Assembly: GCA_963677485.1 (NCBI GenBank)
Contig: OY781964.1
Coordinates: forward strand, 576,001-640,000
Direction: 5' to 3'
Length of the DNA stretch: 64,000 nucleotides
Source: Armatimonadota bacterium
Lineage (GTDB): Bacteria > Armatimonadota > HRBIN16
The notes under the pieces: model-generated
Databases searched by the model: none
The model's input: only the letters and a program-made list of their open reading frames with translations
Told to the model about the DNA's origin: nothing
Program-made: the position numbers and the translations under genes
Shown here: in pieces, positions 40,542-50,547 of the stretch
Numbering within the stretch: position 1 is the stretch's first letter
Layout of the letters: each line of letters opens with the position of its first letter

Positions 40542-42467
40542 ATGAATAAAACTGATAAAGCATTATCGCTGACGGTGTCAGCATTGATGGGACTAGCAGC
40601 ACCAGCATCTGCTGCGCAGGTCACCATATCGGGCACGGTGAGCCAGCCTGTGCGTATTATCTGCGCGAAATCACCAGATACGGTGGAGGTGGCGCAATAT
40701 CTGTGCGAGTTCCTCAAGACTCGGCATTGTGCGGTGACCTTGGCTGTGAACGGCCGGCTGGACATAGCAACACCATCAGCACAACTCGTTCTTGCCACCC
40801 CCGACAACTTGCGTGCCATGGCTCCTGGCGTATCAGCACCTGAGTTTGCGGCCAATGCCAGGGATGAAGCTTATCTGCTTGATGTAAAATCCGGGAATCC
40901 AGGACCCGTCATCGCGTTGGTAGGCAAGTCGGTAGCCGGTATCAGGTTTGCGTCATCTCGATTTATCTCCACTCTCGCCAACGACGGCAAGACGCTCAAG
41001 ATGTCTATCCGGCGTGAGCTAAACGACCCCTTTATCAACATTCGAGCGTTGATCATGGGCAACGCTGGTCGTCGACAGTGTCCTGAAGGCTCTCCCTTCA
41101 AAGATATCGACTTCGAGAGCTGGCCTGTTGAGAAGATAGAGGCTTACCCCGAGCTATTCAGGCAGTTTGGTTTCAACTGCATTCAAATCTCCGAAAACCG
41201 CGGATATGGCAGCCTTCGTGGTGAGACACTGAAGCGGACACAAAACGCCGTGGCGGCACTGGCGAGAGGCACTAAAGCACATAACATGCTGGTCTCATTC
41301 GACGCCTGGGGCGACTGTCCATTTAACGAAGGCGAGACCTACTCGTGGAACGATCCCGTGCAGCACCAGGTGCTGGTGGATTACATTGAAGAGATGGGCC
41401 GCAGGTACGGTTCATATGTGGATCACTACAATATCCACGTGGGCGACCCAGGTGGCTGCAGCCGAGATGGTTGTGACCCCTCCTACAAAACGCCTCAACA
41501 AATCGCAGCGGAATACCTGCGTGCGTTTCGAAAGCACAATCCCAAAGTCATGGGCGCACTCAGCACCTGGGCGAATGCCGGGTTCTGGATGCACAGCCCT
41601 CGGCCAGTTAGTTTTGCCAACTACCGTGAATACTTCGCCCTGACAAATCCGCCACACGCTGTGCCGATCGCAGACGGAGCAACCTTCCTGGATGAGGCTT
41701 TCATGCCTAAGGAGATCGGCATCACCCAACACCAACTCTATAATGACGATCAGGCTGATATGCTGGTTGAAGCCGGTCGTCCTGTTGATATCTGGTCATG
41801 GTATATCGGCGACATGGAGATGGTCAACAACCTCTACATCGCGATGCACCGCGTGGAGGAGTCCTACCGCAATATGCCCGATTCCGCACGCGACAAGATC
41901 CGCGTCCATACGGTTGAGATCACCTTCCACGGCTGGCCGCAGATCATCAACCAGTATTGTGCCGCCCAACTGATGTGGAATCCCAAACGCGATTTGATGG
42001 AGATCGAACGAGAGTTCTGTGCGGCCGCGTTTGGACCACAAAATGCGGAAGCCGTGTTGGAGCTATACCAGGTTTGCGAAAATGGTGTTCTCCACCCAAT
42101 TCCTCAACCGGCCGACTTCGCAACCTCTGAATACAACGCCAAGCTCAGGACGGTACTTGAACACTCCAAGTCGATCAAGTTCAGTAAGTCATGGGTCTCC
42201 AACTTCGCGTTCCCGGTGCCTCCGCAGAAGTTCGTAGATATGCTGGTCGCCAGACTGCAGCTGACCCTGGCGGTCTCAGAGGCCAAAGAGAAAGTGGATG
42301 CGGCCAAGAAGAACGGGCAGACTGTTGAACAGATCGCTCAGATAAAGAAGGACGCGCTCGAAACACTTCCGAAACTGCCGATTGATCCCATCTATGACCA
42401 AAGCGCAGCTACTATTGTCGATCCGTTCAAAGCACAGACTTTCGCTGAGATGATCGAGGCGTTGTAG
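40542..42467 (+). CDS. Secreted putative glycoside hydrolase (GH20/GH67-type N-terminal domain plus TIM barrel)
   Basis: Signal peptide ending ASA; 'DEAYLL...IALVGKS..G..FA' N-domain; GDPGGC. The function is tentative. Confidence 0.55.
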   Translation: MNKTDKALSLTVSALMGLAAPASAAQVTISGTVSQPVRIICAKSPDTVEVAQYLCEFLKTRHCAVTLAVNGRLDIATPSAQLVLATPDNLRAMAPGVSAPEFAANARDEAYLLDVKSGNPGPVIALVGKSVAGIRFASSRFISTLANDGKTLKMSIRRELNDPFINIRALIMGNAGRRQCPEGSPFKDIDFESWPVEKIEAYPELFRQFGFNCIQISENRGYGSLRGETLKRTQNAVAALARGTKAHNMLVSFDAWGDCPFNEGETYSWNDPVQHQVLVDYIEEMGRRYGSYVDHYNIHVGDPGGCSRDGCDPSYKTPQQIAAEYLRAFRKHNPKVMGALSTWANAGFWMHSPRPVSFANYREYFALTNPPHAVPIADGATFLDEAFMPKEIGITQHQLYNDDQADMLVEAGRPVDIWSWYIGDMEMVNNLYIAMHRVEESYRNMPDSARDKIRVHTVEITFHGWPQIINQYCAAQLMWNPKRDLMEIEREFCAAAFGPQNAEAVLELYQVCENGVLHPIPQPADFATSEYNAKLRTVLEHSKSIKFSKSWVSNFAFPVPPQKFVDMLVARLQLTLAVSEAKEKVDAAKKNGQTVEQIAQIKKDALETLPKLPIDPIYDQSAATIVDPFKAQTFAEMIEAL

Positions 42468-42520
42468 ACGTAGAACCGCACCAGGCAGCTCAAGCCGTAA
42501 CTGATGCGGTCCCTTCAATC

Positions 42521-42688
42521 GCCTAAGTCCGGGGCGGTCTGTGCGTAGGATAGCGGATGCAGAAGGCTCGAGACCGCGCCGGTCTGGCGGATAGCCCTGA
42601 AAGATATGTGTCAGGAAAAAGACCGGCGCGGTCTATAGACAGTGGCCTCCGCGGCGTACTGACAGACCGCCCCGGACATAGCCAACCA
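42521..42688. repeat. ~160-bp MITE-like element, copy 2 (direct repeat of copy 1)
   Basis: Nearly identical to 40194-40360 and in the same orientation. Confidence 0.85.
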
Positions 42689-42731
42689 TGTTTTTTACAA
42701 GGGGCACGCCATGCCCCCGCCCAATACCGCC

Positions 42732-45665
42732 CTACAGCAGCTTAAGCAGCCGTGTCTGGCCGGCGCGGAAGGGTACCGTTAGCTTCTCGCCAGAGCCCTT
42801 CCAGTTGTTATACAAGTCCGTTACCTGCGCAGCACGCTTCAAGATGATCTCCGCGTCGCCCTCTATGGGTGATGTCACCGTCAGAAGCTGCCTGCTGGCG
42901 TGAACGGCATAACCCTCAGGTGCATACAGCGTCACACTGGCGGTTTTGAGCTGCGACCGCAGCCACTGACTGTCACAGGGAGGCGCACCGATCCATAACA
43001 GCTTCCCGCCATTCGGCAGCGGACGCACCGCACTGGCGAAAGGTCCATCCGAGTATTTCCACTCGCCAGGCTCTTTCACCTCACCCCGTGGCAGCAGGTT
43101 ACCGGAGCCTTTCAGCTCGCGGTCGTCGTTTGACATGGACCCGCTCAGACCCGGTGTTTCCAAAATGCAGATCGGCAGACCAAGCAGGTCGGCGGTGCGG
43201 TTTCGCATCCACTTTCCGCTGCGTGAATCTACCAGCCCGAGTGGGCCGATCGCCAGCACATGAACCCGTCCCCGCTTGAGCAGCTTGGAGAACGCCGCCA
43301 AAGACTCGTCGGTGGCTCCAATTCCGCTGGCGACCACCACATACTTGATGCGCTCCGGCAGCTTCGCCGCATCGGACAGCAGGTAGACCTCCAGCGGCGC
43401 TCCGGTGAGCCCCAACGCATGCACCATCATACGGTGCGCCTCCCACAGCCATGTGGTGCTGAGGGTGCTCAGGCTCATGCTGCGGTCATCCACCAGCATG
43501 GCCACTTCGCACTCACTGCTGCGGTCCAGACTCATCGCCTGTAGTGTGACCTTCGCATTGCGGCCAAGCGAATCCAGCAGCTCCTTGTCGTGGTGCCAAC
43601 TGCAGGCCAGGCTGAATTTGTGCTCCAGATACCCCTCAGTAGCTGCCGTAGCCGATACCCGCTGGTGCATATCGATGGCACCCAAACGCGGGTTTTCCGC
43701 ATTGTATTCCGTATGCCATAGCCCGGGATGCAGCCAGCTAAACAGGTCATTCTCCATCATGTGGATTTTCCCCGCCAGAGCATAACTGGCTTCCGCCTCG
43801 CCACTGGAGACCGATCCGCGCAGATAGGTTCGTGATGAGAGCAGCGGAATTCCGGCGATAGTGTCGATATCCGGGCTATCCAGCAACGCACGCACTCCGA
43901 AATGGCCAGAGGTGCTCTGACGTGCTTCACCAGCCAGTTGGATGAGGTAGCCGTATAACACCGCGACCAGCAGTTTCCGGTTACACATCCGCTTGGCCTG
44001 CTTGCAAAAATGCAGTATCACCTGGGCCGTGATATCCGACAAGAACTGGGCGGTGGCGACGCACCAGCGGCCATCCGCGCTGTCGGGTTGGATCAGCTCC
44101 TTGCCCGCTCTGCGCATCACAGGTGGTGCGATGGTATCTGGCAGGTCGGTACGCCGTTCACGTGCCTTCCACTGGTTCCAGGCCCGGTTGAATGGCTGGC
44201 TGTAGTCGGCTAGTGCGTCGTCGTTACAGCCCCAGGTGAACCACTCCTCAGTAACCTCGGCACTCAGAAACACGCCCACCAGCCTATCCGCCCATGGCGC
44301 CTTCTGGCATTCATCGATCAAGCGTTTCAGCATGTCGGTCTGATACTTGATCCACTCCTGGCTGGCCAGGCTGATCGCCTCAGTACCAGTCTCTTCCCAA
44401 GCCATCATGTCGCCGTTCTTGTTAGCGATGGCCCGTTCCGATACGTGCTGCTGGGTCCAGTATGGTGGTGGAGTCAGCGAAACCCGCAGCATCACCACCG
44501 TATCACGCGACGTTTGAAGACAGAAGTTCACACGCTCGTGCAACTGCCCGTAGTCATACTCACCCGGCAGCCGATTGGTCGCGGTGGCCACCTGGTGATG
44601 GATGTGCTGTCCGGCACTCACTGGCACGATAAACAGCTTGTGCCCGCGCCGGCCGAATTGACGCACTGGTCCGGGTTGGAAGTCATATGAGGTCCATCCC
44701 TGCCAGTGGATCGGCTGACCGTTGCGGAAGGGCACATTGCGTCCCAGGTACTGCCTGACTTCTAACTGAGCGAAGCCGGGTTGCCTCAAGTTTCGCAGCT
44801 CCACCGGCGTGCTTCCCCCCGACACATGGTAGCCACCTGCACACAACACCACATCATACCGCCCCTGCGGCATCGTGTTCGGCACGTTCAGGCTGATCTC
44901 GCCCGACGACTTCAACGCAGATATCTGCAGCCTATCAAGCACCACACGCCAGTTGGTATAGCCGCCCAGACGCCACTCCAGAGCCAGGTCCTCTGGCCAG
45001 AGGCCGTCTATCCGAAGCTTCATCTTCCATGGATCACTGGCCTTCGCTTTTCCGTCCGCCACGAAGGAGGTCGCCACCAGCCCAGCGGCTGGCGGGTAGT
45101 GAACCTGCAGGTCACGCAGCACCAGATGGTATGGCTTACCCACCACCGCACCCGCGGCCATGATGAGCATCCGACCGAGTGGATAGATAGGTGTCGAAGG
45201 CTTCCCCGTGTTGGGATCACCGGTGAGTCGCATGTCATATTCGCAGAGTCGGCTTTCGCCTGGAGCAATATCCACTGGTTTGGAGATGTGGTGCCGTTTA
45301 CCGGAAAAGTGATCCAGCGGCTCCCAGCTCATTTCATCAAAACCAAGGTGAAGGTGCATCGGTTCGGCACTCTGGTTGGTCGCCAGGAAGGTCACCCTGG
45401 AGGGTGCATGCCGAATCCAGCGTCCGTCTACATTCACTGCGGGCAAGACAGGCTTGTACAGCACGAAACGCCACTCGGTATGGGGATCCTTGGGAAGCCC
45501 CTCCAGCCGCATAGAAACCTCTTTATAATCATCCTTGCGCTGCCACACGTTACCGTCAATCGTGCATCCCACCAGAGTCTTGAAGTGCGGCCAATGCTCC
45601 ACGGCCGGACTGGCGAAAGCCTCATCAGGGTATCCGTTTTGTAGCGAAAGTATATCGGAATTCAT
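42732..45665 (-). CDS. Large putative glycoside hydrolase, paralog B
   Basis: 977 aa; paralog of 36501..39446, sharing the N-terminal YPDEAFA and C-terminal PFRAGQTRL. Confidence 0.6.
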   Translation of the reverse strand: MNSDILSLQNGYPDEAFASPAVEHWPHFKTLVGCTIDGNVWQRKDDYKEVSMRLEGLPKDPHTEWRFVLYKPVLPAVNVDGRWIRHAPSRVTFLATNQSAEPMHLHLGFDEMSWEPLDHFSGKRHHISKPVDIAPGESRLCEYDMRLTGDPNTGKPSTPIYPLGRMLIMAAGAVVGKPYHLVLRDLQVHYPPAAGLVATSFVADGKAKASDPWKMKLRIDGLWPEDLALEWRLGGYTNWRVVLDRLQISALKSSGEISLNVPNTMPQGRYDVVLCAGGYHVSGGSTPVELRNLRQPGFAQLEVRQYLGRNVPFRNGQPIHWQGWTSYDFQPGPVRQFGRRGHKLFIVPVSAGQHIHHQVATATNRLPGEYDYGQLHERVNFCLQTSRDTVVMLRVSLTPPPYWTQQHVSERAIANKNGDMMAWEETGTEAISLASQEWIKYQTDMLKRLIDECQKAPWADRLVGVFLSAEVTEEWFTWGCNDDALADYSQPFNRAWNQWKARERRTDLPDTIAPPVMRRAGKELIQPDSADGRWCVATAQFLSDITAQVILHFCKQAKRMCNRKLLVAVLYGYLIQLAGEARQSTSGHFGVRALLDSPDIDTIAGIPLLSSRTYLRGSVSSGEAEASYALAGKIHMMENDLFSWLHPGLWHTEYNAENPRLGAIDMHQRVSATAATEGYLEHKFSLACSWHHDKELLDSLGRNAKVTLQAMSLDRSSECEVAMLVDDRSMSLSTLSTTWLWEAHRMMVHALGLTGAPLEVYLLSDAAKLPERIKYVVVASGIGATDESLAAFSKLLKRGRVHVLAIGPLGLVDSRSGKWMRNRTADLLGLPICILETPGLSGSMSNDDRELKGSGNLLPRGEVKEPGEWKYSDGPFASAVRPLPNGGKLLWIGAPPCDSQWLRSQLKTASVTLYAPEGYAVHASRQLLTVTSPIEGDAEIILKRAAQVTDLYNNWKGSGEKLTVPFRAGQTRLLKLL

Positions 45666-45866
45666 TTACTATCTCTCCAGTTTGAACAGACGTGTTTGAG
45701 CGGCTCGGAACGGCCCATCTTTGACCTGCCCTCTGCCCCGCCAATCGGAATACAGATCAGACATCGCCGCTGGCGGACGGAGCCGGGATATTATCGAGAC
45801 CAGGCCTCACGGCAAGATCATTTTACCGATATTCCGGGTAGACTTACATCATAAGCTACCAGGAGG

Positions 45867-46709
45867 ATGCCCATGTCATCAGTCATTACAGTATCTGGCG
45901 ACCACAAGCTCAAGCTTCAAGATGTGAACCCGTCTAACACCAACGGAATGGAGCGAGAGGACGCTGAAGCGAAAATAGCAGTGCTCGGTAAGCAGTTAAC
46001 CGATCTGAACGAGCTGCAGTATGAGGCGAACACACAAGGTCTTTTGATTGTCTTGCAGGGAATGGATACGAGTGGGAAAGACGGCACCATCCGTTGCCTG
46101 CTGGACTACGCGAACGCCCAAGGCACTCACGTGGTACCGTTCAAGGTGCCTACGGAAATCGAGAGCTCGCACGACTTCCTGTGGCGGGTGCATCTGCGTA
46201 CACCCGGTAAGGGGGAGATCACCATATTCAACCGCAGCCACTACGAAGATGTGTTGATCGCTCGGGTTCATGAGCTGGCGGATGAGCGCACCATTGAGCA
46301 AAGATATAAGCAGATCAACGCCTTCGAGCAACTGCTGTCTGACAGCGGAGTGATTATTTTGAAGTTCTTCCTGCACATAGATAAGGATGAGCAGAAGGAA
46401 CGATTACTGGCGCGTGAAGAGGATCCGGAGAAGAGCTGGAAGTTAAGTATGGCGGACTGGCAAGAACGCCAGTACTGGGATGATTACCAGAAAGCCTACG
46501 AGCTCGCAATTAACAACTGCAGCAGCTCGATAGCCCCATGGCATATTGTGCCTGCTAACCATAAATGGAGCCGGAACTACGCCATACTGCACACCATCGT
46601 GCATCATCTACAGCCATTTGGCGAGATATGGCAGGGACAGCTTGAGGAGCGCGGGAAACGGGCCCTGGCGGAGCTGAAGGCTTATCGGGCCAACAACGCG
46701 ACACCGTAG
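45867..46709 (+). CDS. ppk2: Polyphosphate kinase 2 family phosphotransferase
   Basis: QGMDTSGKDG Walker A, FNRSHYEDV, KFFLHI and PANHKW. Confidence 0.92.
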   Translation: MPMSSVITVSGDHKLKLQDVNPSNTNGMEREDAEAKIAVLGKQLTDLNELQYEANTQGLLIVLQGMDTSGKDGTIRCLLDYANAQGTHVVPFKVPTEIESSHDFLWRVHLRTPGKGEITIFNRSHYEDVLIARVHELADERTIEQRYKQINAFEQLLSDSGVIILKFFLHIDKDEQKERLLAREEDPEKSWKLSMADWQERQYWDDYQKAYELAINNCSSSIAPWHIVPANHKWSRNYAILHTIVHHLQPFGEIWQGQLEERGKRALAELKAYRANNATP

Positions 46710-46713
46710 ATCT

Positions 46714-46846
46714 CGGGCAACCGGCCGGTTGCCCCTGCCGATTTCAACTTTAACTGGGCGGCCTTACCACGTTCGGGGAGGTGGAAATCGGATGGATCGG
46801 ACGGATAGGACGGATAGCATCGTGGGCGACCGCCGGTCGCCCCTAC
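46714..46846. repeat. Intergenic REP copies and a short GGA(T/C) tandem repeat
   Basis: GGGCAACCGGCCGGTTGCCC (46715-46734), ATCGGATGGATCGGACGGATAGGACGGATAG, and GGGCGACCGCCGGTCGCCCCTAC overlapping the stop at 46843. Confidence 0.7.
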
Positions 46847-47316
46847 GCGTTCGACTTACCCGTGATGTGCTCTATCTCGATGCGCAGCACAGCCGTCTTT
46901 TGCTCTGAGTTTTGGGCGTATTTCTGGCCCATGGCGACTTCTTCAGGGCTGGTGGAGTATTTGGTGACTAATGCCATCAGACCCAACTGCTTCTCTTCGG
47001 TGTCGGTCACCTCGTAGATGCGTCCGAACGCCATCACGCTGTGATATCGCATCGTAAATTTGGCAGACAGAACCACCGCTTCACCCACTACACAGAAGGA
47101 GACGCGGTTGTCTTGACGGATCAGCTCCAGCTTCTTGCCTTCCAGCGCACAGTGCAGGTAGATGCTCTGACCCACCTGAGCGTAGTTCATCGGCACCGCG
47201 TAGCCGCATCCTTGCATGTTGTTCATCGCCAGAAACCCATAAATGCCGGACTTCAGCAACTCGACAGCCTGTTCGTCATCCAGTTGCCTGTCGTTGCGCC
47301 TCATTTCAGTAAACAT
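46843..47316 (-). CDS. Pyridoxamine 5'-phosphate oxidase-family (NimA-like) flavin-binding protein
   Basis: MRR.DRQ, YAVPMNY, IYLHCALEGKK, VSFCV, Y.SV..FG and ITGK. Confidence 0.9.
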   Translation of the reverse strand: MFTEMRRNDRQLDDEQAVELLKSGIYGFLAMNNMQGCGYAVPMNYAQVGQSIYLHCALEGKKLELIRQDNRVSFCVVGEAVVLSAKFTMRYHSVMAFGRIYEVTDTEEKQLGLMALVTKYSTSPEEVAMGQKYAQNSEQKTAVLRIEIEHITGKSNA

Positions 47317-47607
47317 ATCTATACCTCCGTTTTGTATAGTGTATCGCTTGCGTCAAGCACATAGCTACACTGGCAGGTATTTATACTAGTTTTACGAGTC
47401 TTCGCTTGTAAACGAACCGTCTTGGTAACCCATGCCTGTCATAATACAGATATATCGATATTCTTTGCCGCAACTAAGCACGCAACAGCAAAGCGATGCC
47501 ACACATAGAGGTATACCCAATGACCCAGCGACTTGTCTTTATGCTCATCAAACCAAAAGTCATCAACGCAGTAACGGCCATGGTGGTACAAACCAGGTGG
47601 AACCTGT

Positions 47608-48132
47608 ATGTTGATTAGGATAATGACCGCCCTGTCCACAGTGTATGCGTCACTTCGCAAAGACATTACGGAAAATCGCCAGTTTGTGGCAACCTATGCG
47701 GTGATTTTACTGCTGACCGGGATCATATATGGCATGGCTATCTATGTAGCGGATATTGTGTTCGGTCAGATTAACAATCCACTCCTTCATATAACTAAGC
47801 ATTTCTATCAAACACGCCTGATAAACAGCGTCATTTTCCAAATGGCCTTTATTTCGATTGCCTGTCTATTCCGTAGATTCTGGCCGTGTTACGGTGTGTG
47901 GTATATTGTGCAAATCCTGGGTGCTATGGTGATAGTGACCATTTCGGGAATTCTATACCCAACCAATTTCGCCTGGATGCCATTGTTTCGGACTATGATG
48001 TCATACATGCCTCGCGCGATAATGGACTCAGGTGGCACAGCTCTTGTCTTCTTTGGTCTGTGCAGCATATCAGGTTTACCACGCCCCCAAAGCAGAGGGT
48101 GGAAGGCCAAATTGAATGAAATGGCGAGTTGA
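47608..48132 (+). CDS. Hypothetical membrane protein
   Basis: 174-aa ORF with about 4 hydrophobic segments in an AT-richer patch. Confidence 0.55.
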   Translation: MLIRIMTALSTVYASLRKDITENRQFVATYAVILLLTGIIYGMAIYVADIVFGQINNPLLHITKHFYQTRLINSVIFQMAFISIACLFRRFWPCYGVWYIVQILGAMVIVTISGILYPTNFAWMPLFRTMMSYMPRAIMDSGGTALVFFGLCSISGLPRPQSRGWKAKLNEMAS

Positions 48133-48180
48133 GATGCCTGCAGTAATTGGCATTCCATGCCTGGAGAAGGAGTTAACAAA

Positions 48181-48867
48181 ATGAATCGTCGGTATGCATT
48201 TACACTAATCGAGCTGTTGGTAGTGATCGCCATCATCGGAATACTGGCAGCCGTATTGTATCCGGTTTTCTCTGGAGCACGCCAGAGGAGTAAGAAGACA
48301 ACATGTATTTCCAACCTGCGTCAATGCGGTGTGGCCTTAAGACTATACATGGATGACTATGCGACCAACATCCCGCCTGATTCCATCACCGCCAGTATGC
48401 TGCTGAAGAAAATGCCTACCTGCTGCCTTAATGATAGTGAATGGACCAAAGGCTGCACGCAGCCATTTGGTCCGCCAATGGTTGGATCGTATGCCTATGT
48501 CCGCTCGCTTCTTGACATTGATACACCAACCCACGAAGTGTTGGCCAAATATTACGATGCGGGCCATGACTACGTGTGGATGGTCGATATCTTCCATTCC
48601 ACCTACGGCATTCCCGCACCATATTATGCTGAAAAGGAAAACCTAAGACAATATACGTTAAGGATAGGCCAGACCGAGCCCCTGGATTCATGGAAACGCA
48701 CTGCTTTCCCGAACAATCTGCTCGGACTATCCGACGACGGCCACGTGCAGATTCTGAACCCAGAAGGCTTTGCACCTTCAACCCCACACGGTGGATTCAC
48801 ATTTTCATGGCAACTCATATTTCAAGTACCGAATGTGAACAGCGAATTGGCACCGGTGACTAGATAA
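48181..48867 (+). CDS. Prepilin-type N-terminal cleavage/methylation domain protein
   Basis: MNRRYAFTLIELLVVIAIIGILAAVLYPVF...CISNLRQ and a C-terminal DGHV; RBS AAGGAG. Confidence 0.9.
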   Translation: MNRRYAFTLIELLVVIAIIGILAAVLYPVFSGARQRSKKTTCISNLRQCGVALRLYMDDYATNIPPDSITASMLLKKMPTCCLNDSEWTKGCTQPFGPPMVGSYAYVRSLLDIDTPTHEVLAKYYDAGHDYVWMVDIFHSTYGIPAPYYAEKENLRQYTLRIGQTEPLDSWKRTAFPNNLLGLSDDGHVQILNPEGFAPSTPHGGFTFSWQLIFQVPNVNSELAPVTR

Positions 48868-48896
48868 AAATAGGCCTCCCCTACACAGGGAAGGCC
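48865..48896 (-). terminator. Rho-independent terminator for the porin gene
   Basis: The minus strand reads GGCCTTCCCT-GTGT-AGGGGAGGCC-TATTTTT. Confidence 0.65.
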
Positions 48897-48972
48897 CATG
48901 CTCGACAGGAACCACTACCCGAACCGAAATGTTGTCATCTGTCAGCTTCGGATGTTGCCATCGGTATCTGCT

Positions 48973-50250
48973 TTAGAGTTTGTACTGCAAGCGCAAGGTG
49001 GTGGTGTCGTAACGGCGCTCACCTGGGTTGTTCTTCTCGTTCAGGAAGGCCTCATAAGCAGCCATGAGACGGGCTCCGGGGTTCATATAGTAGATATAGC
49101 TCACACCCAGTCCGGTGATCGCGTTACCGACTGTGTCTGTGTTCGGGTCGAACTGCTCCCACTTCAGGCTCATCACATTGCGCTTATTCAGGTTATAGTT
49201 GGCCATCAGGTGATAACCCACCATATTTGTGGCGTAAGAACTTGTTTTGCCAGAGGCACTGGGAAGACGGTCCTTGCCCCACATTAGCTCGCTACGCAGT
49301 GTGAGCTGAGGAACAGCCAACCCAACATAAGACGCATCCAGCATATAGAGCTCACGGTCGACTGCTGGCGAGGTGACGGCATTCGCACCGGTAAAGCTGG
49401 GACGAGTGGCCCAGAAGCTGTTGATACCCACTTTGAAGCTCTTATCTGACCAGTTCAATCCTGCGGTAGTGCCCAACTGACTGGCTGGGGTGTGACCACT
49501 CTGCTCCGCATCGCCCACTGTAAGGGCATCCCATACGCCCAGCTCCGCGGAGAGGTTGTGACTCAGACCTTGTGTCAGCATCACGCCACGGCCATACTCA
49601 CCGCCGAACATTTTTTGGTTATAGAGGCTTCGCTCAGGCAGCTCGCGCACGCTGGAGCTGCGTGCGATCTCATATCCCAAAGGCATATTTTGCTGACCAA
49701 CGGTGAGGATAGTGCCAACCTTCTTTGTAGAAGGCACGATGTTGTAGCTGAGCGTGGCTTCCTTGAGCTGTGCGGAGGTGTTGTCGGAGCCCGTCGCCAC
49801 ATCGAAACTCAGCTTCATACTGGTTTTAGGGTCGATGGTGCTGGTCACACCAAACTCCGTGCGGCGCATCGCAAAGTTATTGGCCGTTTTACCTGCCTCG
49901 TCGGTGGATTTATACTGGAACTGCGCATAGTTGTTGAATTTGAGCTTCCTGAGGTCGGCGATGTCGTTGCTCATCACCGGCAGCTTTTTCTTCTGACCTT
50001 CAATCCATCCCTTGTTTTCGTCAACCTCATGTTGCAGCTTGTCGAGTTTCTCATTGATCTGCTTGAGCTGATCGATCAAGCTGGTCAGGTCGACTTTGTC
50101 CTTCGAGGACAGTGCCCCTGCGATTTGTTGGGTGACACCCGCCGCCTCGTCTCGGAGCTCAGACAGATCCTCAGCGGTCTGTGCAAAAAGGGGCATGGCG
50201 GTCAGTGTTAGTACCGCCGCTAGACTGCCCATCACTATCTTATATTTCAC
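48973..50250 (-). CDS. Outer-membrane porin (phosphate-selective OprO/P-like)
   Basis: Signal peptide, coiled coil, 'YAQFQY', 'F.MRR', 'VGQ..MPLGYE...SS' and a C-terminal beta strand LRLQYKL. Confidence 0.75.
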   Translation of the reverse strand: MKYKIVMGSLAAVLTLTAMPLFAQTAEDLSELRDEAAGVTQQIAGALSSKDKVDLTSLIDQLKQINEKLDKLQHEVDENKGWIEGQKKKLPVMSNDIADLRKLKFNNYAQFQYKSTDEAGKTANNFAMRRTEFGVTSTIDPKTSMKLSFDVATGSDNTSAQLKEATLSYNIVPSTKKVGTILTVGQQNMPLGYEIARSSSVRELPERSLYNQKMFGGEYGRGVMLTQGLSHNLSAELGVWDALTVGDAEQSGHTPASQLGTTAGLNWSDKSFKVGINSFWATRPSFTGANAVTSPAVDRELYMLDASYVGLAVPQLTLRSELMWGKDRLPSASGKTSSYATNMVGYHLMANYNLNKRNVMSLKWEQFDPNTDTVGNAITGLGVSYIYYMNPGARLMAAYEAFLNEKNNPGERRYDTTTLRLQYKL

Positions 50251-50308
50251 GAATATCTCTCCTGAATGGTGTTTGTGGTGACTAGTATTTCTATGTCTGT
50301 ATTTATTG

Positions 50309-50359
50309 TGTTATGAGCAGGTTAAGGCTTTGTTATGCGGGGATTAACACCATGTTAAA
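50309..50359 (-). promoter_or_regulatory. Pho-box-like 11-bp-periodic array
   Basis: (G/A)TTA(A/T) at 50311/50322/50333/50344/50355, upstream of the porin gene. Confidence 0.55.
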
Positions 50360-50547
50360 ATTATTAAGACGGGCGAATATAGACATGGTCACCCACTGGA
50401 TATGCATAACCGCGCCACCAACTGGCATTTGTGTACAAACCAAGATATGCTGATATCAAGCGATACATGGTTTCTTCAGACAAAACATATGATCATCGAA
50501 AACATACACCCGTGCAGCAACCATGCTGCCAACAGGAGGACATCTGC

